From Eledone cirrhosa (taxonomy: Eukaryota): a stretch of 64,000 bases of DNA. This document shows positions 57,440 through 64,000 of this stretch, piece after piece. Position 1 is the first letter of the stretch. Every line of letters begins with the position of its first letter. Under the pieces are notes generated by a model. That model had not been told where the DNA came from, made no database searches, and saw only the letters and a list, made by a program, of their open reading frames with translations. The stretch covers positions 167,090,001-167,154,000 of the forward strand of contig OZ024740.1 in the NCBI GenBank assembly GCA_964016885.1, in the 5' to 3' direction. The position numbers were made by a program, and so were the translations under genes.

Positions 57440-57835
57440 TGTGTGCATGAATGGGGTTGTTGTGTATAAGGCTGGAGAGCAGGTAGCCGTTTTGTTACAT
57501 ATGTCATACCAAAACCCGCACGAGAAATGTTTCGTCCATTGGAAAAGCAAAACATGGTAACATTTTTCCAACAAGCTTAAAGACGAAATAGATAATGATT
57601 TCCCTTTGGGGAAATAAGTGAGTAAGGGAAACACGTATTAGTGAAATTTAATGAAATTACCAGCAACAAAATCTATCACCAATTGAAATTGAAGTATCTG
57701 GATGATGTGAGTTTGTCTGGTCTTTATAGCAATGGCTATTGACGGGACATTGTAGATACATCCGTGTCCAATACCAACAATGTCTGAAGGGTAATGTTAC
57801 GGAATCCTGTCATGCAACCTATGTATTTCTAATTA
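57440..57835 (+). mobile_element. Possible decayed MULE transposase fragment
   Basis: IDGT / frameshift / RYIRVQYQQCL...YVFL resembles MULE DGTFxxxPxxFxQC. Confidence 0.35.
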
Positions 57836-57894
<59 letters not shown>

Positions 57895-58576
57895 TGTAAT
57901 AAACAACATAAGATAATTATGTCATTTACCAGTGGTTTCTTGAAGGCAGATGTTATGTATGTCTTCAGTCGTGTTTTTATTAAATATGGATTTGAAAACA
58001 AAATTTAGGAAATATGAAAGTGAGACTGAAAGAACGGGCAAAAGGGAATTAGGGGAAAAAAATATATAAATAAATATCCAGAACATAAACATACACACTC
58101 TCAACCATATACGTAATAGTACGTAGACGTATACTTTCTCACATAAGCGTATTAGCGTCTACAGGGAAATACGAACAGGCACATAAATATATACACATAC
58201 ATATACACAAATATATATACACACATATATGTAGATACAAATACACACACACACACACATATAAAAAGGGGTATACACACACATATATACATAGATACAA
58301 ACACAAAAACACAAAAGCAAAAAGCTCTATACATACGCGTACGTGTATACATATACATATATATATATACACATAAGCACACGTACACATACATACCCAT
58401 ACAAACATATATACATGCATACACACGCATACATATACACATATATAAATACATATACATACACATGTATATATATATATATATATATGTAGAAGGTGAG
58501 TAATATTGTAGAACAATAAAACTATGCATATCCCAGATAAGTAGCCCTCAACAGTTGGTAGTACTGGAGTATATAT

Positions 58577-61500
58577 AATAAAGAAGAAATTAAAAGATGG
58601 TTAAAAGAGTTCCATATATTTTATTATGCGCATTTCAAATACAAAATCATCCTGGGACAAAAATGGTGTTCTCATCAGATAAAATAAGGTAATATGATAA
58701 GAGGCATATTAGCACTTGTTTACAGGAAAGTGCTAAGTCTACATATGACAGAAATATAAGTGTTAAAACTATAGTAAGAAATAGATAGGAAAATACAAGA
58801 AAGGAAAGAAGAGGAGTAAAAGGAAAAGAAGAAAAGAAAGGAAAAAAAGAAGAAAAAAAGGAAAAGAGACAGAGAAAGTGAGAGAGAGACTTTTGATCAG
58901 GAACGCTGTCAAAATGAAAACAGCCTGTAAATAACCGTTAAAAAGTAAATATGTGCGAATATTATAGACGGTATTCAAATGTTAGGGGGTTAACTATAGA
59001 AACTGGGTATATTATTTTATATTGGGTTTAAATACTAAAAATTTGATTAAGAAGTGTAAATATGTATTAATAAATTAAAATAAAAATAAAAAATATAAAA
59101 AAGTTTTTTTATAAAATAAAATAGAAATATAAATAGTATATCTATGTCAAAATTAATAACTTCTAATAAAAATCTATATATGTGGGATATACTATTTAAT
59201 TTTTATTTCATATCAACAAGTAAATAAAGGAAATTGCTAGAAAGATTATAAACATAGAAAAACATATGACGTCATAATTTGTTTACAAAATCTACGAAGA
59301 TTTGAGCGAAAATCTGAGGCTATAGAAAAAAAGATACGAGGACTTAAATTCAAAATAAACACTTATCGAGGCCAGGGACACCTTATCAACCTTAAGAATA
59401 AAATGAATGACCTTAAATCTTCTAAAAACGTTTTAGTTCATTCTGTCAAAACTAATAATTTATACGGCATCAGTAAGGATAAATATAATAACCTTATCCT
59501 TAAAGAATTAAGAAAAAATTATCGTAAAACTACGTACGATAATCTGGATTCTATCAATAGGGAAGCATTTGAGATAGAAACCAACCTCGGAATTGAGAAA
59601 AAAACAGAACCCTTCTTCACAAGAACTCCGAGGATTAGTCTGAAGGATTATAAAAGAAATTTTCGAACGGACTTGCCTGTAAGACTAATTGCCCCTTCTA
59701 AATCTGAATTAGGGGTGATTAGTAAATCCATCTTGGATAGAATTATCCCACAGGTTAGTTATGTATCTCAACTAAATTTATGGTTGAGTTCATCTGAAGT
59801 AATAGACTGGTTCAACGACCTAAAAAATAAAAACAAGCTGAAAGTTATTTAATTAGACATCGCCAGCTATCACTCTTCTATTTCTCCTTCAAGACACTCT
59901 CATATGCGTTAAAATATACGGACATCACTAGTGAAGAAACAAACATCATTCTCACCACTAGGAAAATCATCTTAGAATTTAACAATGATTACTGGACAAG
60001 AGCGGATACTTCCAACAATTTCGACATCACCATGGGTACGTCGGATTCAGCTCAACTTTTCATCTTGAATTATTTAAACCGGAAAATTCCCCAACTTCGC
60101 GGTGGGATTTATAGTGATGATGTTCTTTTTACTGTCTCTAATTGTAACAATTTAAACTTTAATATAATTAAGAAAAATATACTTGATCTATTTAAGCATC
60201 TTAATATTAAAATTTCCTTGATATATCCCTTAATCTAGATACCGGCCTATATAACCTATATTATAAGGATAATGAGAACTTAAATTACGTTAACTTTAAA
60301 TCTAACCACCCTATTAATGTTAAAACTGCTATAGTCAAAAGTGTAGAAAAAAGAATTTCTAATTTATCCTCTAATAAAGATATCTTCGAAGCTAATGCCA
60401 TCTATTATAATAATGCCCTATCTAGGGCTGGATATCTAGACAAAAATAGGTATACTAAAGAGCTTATAATAACTCTACTAATGCAGTTAATAATAATAAT
60501 ACTACTAACAAAAGGAGATCTAGATTTAAAAATATCCTTTGGTACAACGCTCTCTTCTCTCTTTCCGTTATTAATAATATCCCTAAATTATTTTTTAGGG
60601 ATTTACATAACAGACTCCCTCCTTCACATATATACAGCAAGATTTTCAATAGGCATACTATTAAATTCTCGTATTCTACTACTTCGAACGTTTCTAAAAT
60701 TATCTCAAGACATTATTCTAAAATATTAAATAATAACTCATATGCATCCAACCATGAGAGTCATAATAATAACATTATAAGGCCCGACGTCAATGTAAAC
60801 TCTAGGCAAAATAACACAAGTATATATACGACGTCAAACGTAACTTTGAGGAATGCATCAAATCTGGAAACTTTAGCACCTCCTTTAGTTAATGCCACTC
60901 CAGTTCCTAGTATAATTAATCATGGGCCACTTGCAAATAACACTGTAAATAATCTTAATCGTAAATGCAACTGCCCTATTAGAACTAATTGTCCTCTTAG
61001 TAATTTCTGTCTCGATAAAAAACCTAGTATATGAATGTAAAGTGGTAACTAGTAGCAACACCTATACCTACATTGGCTCTACTTCTACCTCCTTTAAAGC
61101 AAGATTATATAATCATTCTTCTACATATAAACATCCAATTAAAAGGACCAGCACCGCACTCTCAGAACTTATTTGGTCCTTAAAAGACAAAAACATAAAT
61201 TACAAAATTCCTTGCCGTAAAATCTACAACGCATGTCCATACTCTAATGCTTCCACATCTAGTGTTCGTAATTTATGTCTAGCTGAAAAAATTTACCATT
61301 ATCTCGAAATTCAACACAATAATAAATCGAAGACCGATTTATTTGGACTTTGTAATCATATATCCTACAAGACCTTTCTCAAAATATATAACCGATGTCC
61401 TTTAACATATTCCATGAGTCACGGTTATCTTTACACATCTTTCATTATATTCTACAATGTATTAATTTGGTTTTCTCATCATTTTTTAAGCCTTTGATAT

Positions 61501-62263
61501 TTTTTCTATAGCCTCAGATTTTCGCTCAGACCTTCGTAGATTTTGTAAACAAATTATGAGGTGATATGTTTTTCTACGTTTATAAATCTTTCTAGCAATT
61601 TCCTTTATTTACTTGTTGATATAAAATAAAAATTAAATAGTATACCCCCACATATATAGATTTTTACTAGAAATTATTAATTTTGACATAGATATACTAT
61701 TTATATTTATATTTTATTTTATAAAAATCCTTTTTTTATATTTTTTATTTTAATTTTATTTTATTAATACATTTTTACACTTCTTAATCCAATTTTTAGT
61801 ATTTAAACCCAATATAAAATAATATACGCAGCTTCTATATCTAGCCCCCTAACATTTGAATAGCGTCTATAATATTCGCACATATTTACTTTTTAACTGT
61901 TATTTACATCTGTTTTCATTTTGACAGCGTTCCTGATCAAACGTCTCTCTGTTTCTCTCTCTCTTTTCCTTTTTTTCTTTTTCTTTTTTGTTTCCTTTCT
62001 TTTCTTCTCTTCCTTTTCCCTTTTCTCCTCTTCTTTTTTTCTTCTATTTTCCTATCTATTTCTTACTATAGTTTTAACACTTATATTTCTGTCATGTGTA
62101 GACTTAGCGCTTTCCTGTAACCAAGTGCTATTATGCTTCTTATCATATTACATTATTTTATCTATCTGATGAGTACAGAATTTTTGTCCCAGGATGATTT
62201 TGTATACGAAATGCGCATAATAAAATATACGGAACTCTTTTAACCATCTTTTAATTTCTTCTT

Positions 62264-62267
<4 letters not shown>
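58577..62267 (+). mobile_element. Decayed Naiad-type PLE bounded by ~770-bp inverted repeats
   Basis: 58577-59340 is inverted to ~61497-62267; internal ISLKDYK...LIAPSKSELG, MGTSDSAQ...IYSDD, CNC...CPL...C, YIGST...FKARLYNH; hammerheads at 58618-58685 (-) and 62155-62226 (+). Confidence 0.85.
62155..62226 (+). ncRNA. Type I hammerhead motif
   Basis: attttat..CTGATGA-gtacagaat...attttgtatac-GAAA-tgcgca-TA-ataaaat. Confidence 0.7.
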
Positions 62268-62324
<57 letters not shown>

Positions 62325-62325
<1 letters not shown>

Positions 62326-62925
62326 GGGATAACAAGTTATCGTTATAGGCAATCCACCTAAAGGTAGTCCAGTTAGAGTACTCCGTGTTGTGGATGGTAT
62401 GGCTAAGTTTGACTGAACAAGACGTTTCCATAGTGATGTAGCGAGTCCACGGTGATTTCTATGTAGGTTATACTTGAAGTAATAATAATTCAAGAGATAA
62501 GAGTAACATGGTTGTCTGTACAATAAGGGCTTTATTCACAGTGCTGACAATTGATTCTTTGATCTGGTAGGTCTAGAGTTCGCTAATCGCTAGATGTTGC
62601 GTCAATCGAACTCCAATACTTTGTTTATAACCAGTTAATTCATCAGAGCCAGCGAATATGAGGATAATATACAAGGCATGGCTTTTATAGAGGTACTGGT
62701 CTAATACCACCCCCTATAAAAGCTATGCCTTTTATATTATCCTTGCATTCGCTCGCTCTGATGGATTAACTGGTTATAAACAAAGTATTGGGATTCGATT
62801 GACGCAACATCTAGCGACTAGCTAACTCTAGACCTACCAGATCAAAGAAACAATTGTCAGTCAGAACTGTGAATAAAGCCCTTACTGTACTGACAACCAT
62901 GTTACTCTTATCTCTTGAATTATTA
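62325..62925. mobile_element. Head-to-head pLTR palindrome
   Basis: Arms ~62480-62690 and ~62712-62925 are reverse complements; the left arm has an extra tail to 62325. Confidence 0.8.
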
Positions 62926-62943
62926 TAAATATATATACACACA

Positions 62944-63028
<85 letters not shown>

Positions 63029-63054
63029 ATATATATATATGTATATATATATAT

Positions 63055-63662
63055 GTCAGGTCACCAGTTGGTGCTACTGGTAACATGTATCCCAGTACAA
63101 CCTGTCTCATGGTCGGGTCGTTGGCGACTAAACTGGCAACCCCACCAAGGTTTCTTGGTGAGGAGGGTGACTTTGGACATCCTGCAGGACTAAAAACAAA
63201 ACCTGTCAAAGGGCAAAGGAGCTCTTAAGAGTCAATGGCCATCCAAAATCACCGGGAGAGATGACCCCTTAGCCTTTGTCAAGGCAGAATTCTAGGAGAA
63301 GGAAAACTCTGATATAACACCTGCAACCCTGATGGTATCCAATGATGTTGACTTGTTCTTCTTTTTGGTAAATATCATCTTGGTTAAGAGAGTGGGACTG
63401 GCTTTGTGCAGTGCCTTTGCTCACTATAAAAGCTTCACGGCACAGGCATTGCTTTATATCTGGAGATCTCTCTGCACTTGTCGTCACATGGTACCATGGG
63501 CCCAACACTATGTGTCAATAATTGTCACAAGTGTAGTCTTTGTACCAGAGTTTTCAAGTCGCTGGCTGGACTAAAAAGTCACACTCGTTCAGCGCATCAG
63601 TAGGGGTTCTCCTACATGGATATAAAGTAGTGGCCGTACTCGAAAACGAGTTGGCAGCCACC
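63055..63662 (+). mobile_element. Bipartite RTE-derived element, copy 6 (full length)
   Basis: gtcaggtcaccag...gcagccacc-(AT)n. Confidence 0.8.
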
Positions 63663-63701
<39 letters not shown>

Positions 63702-63968
63702 TACATACATATACATACATATATACATGCACATATCAATGTGTGCGAGCCATTGGTAAGTAGTTCAGGAGCAGAAACAGCTAAATAAATAAATAAGATT
63801 AAACAAAACAATAAATAAATAAATATATATAAGAAAATCAAAATCAAAATCAAAATAAATTCAAAAAGGGACGTGTTGACAACGAAAGGTGTGAGTGTGT
63901 GTGTGTGGGGGGGGGGGGGGGGGATAAATACGAATAACTTAAAACTAAACAAATACATACAATATGTT

Positions 63969-64000
<32 letters not shown>

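Noticed and set aside
57510-57783. Two apparent minus-strand exons with a 57-bp intron, and tiny plus-strand introns
   Set aside because: Splice-like signals occur on both strands, no recognisable protein results, and the plus strand better fits a decayed MULE transposase

Overview
This is a gene-poor, AT-rich eukaryotic window. The SINE families suggest an animal, probably an octopod cephalopod (inference). It consists almost entirely of compound (TA)n microsatellite arrays, which generate all the poly-IY ORFs, and nested transposable elements. These include two decayed R4/Dong-like LINEs (one split by a CRE-like element), three CR1-clade 3' fragments (two forming a near-identical tail-to-tail pair), six co-oriented copies of a ~600-bp bipartite RTE-derived element, mariner, MULE and Tx1/L1 remnants, a TIR MITE and tRNA-derived SINEs. 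The dominant component is Penelope-like elements (Neptune- and Naiad-type) with inverted pseudo-LTRs. They carry more than a dozen type I hammerhead ribozyme motifs, including a compensatory U3-A8 core variant and a long-stem-II variant. The most notable system is a non-coding ~525-540-bp hammerhead-bearing mini-Penelope/retrozyme family at three loci. It occurs as tandem-plus-inverted arrays whose arms run through the monomer junction, and two diverged loci share an inversion breakpoint at a GTAAGT. No host gene could be identified with confidence. Element boundaries were read by eye and are approximate.
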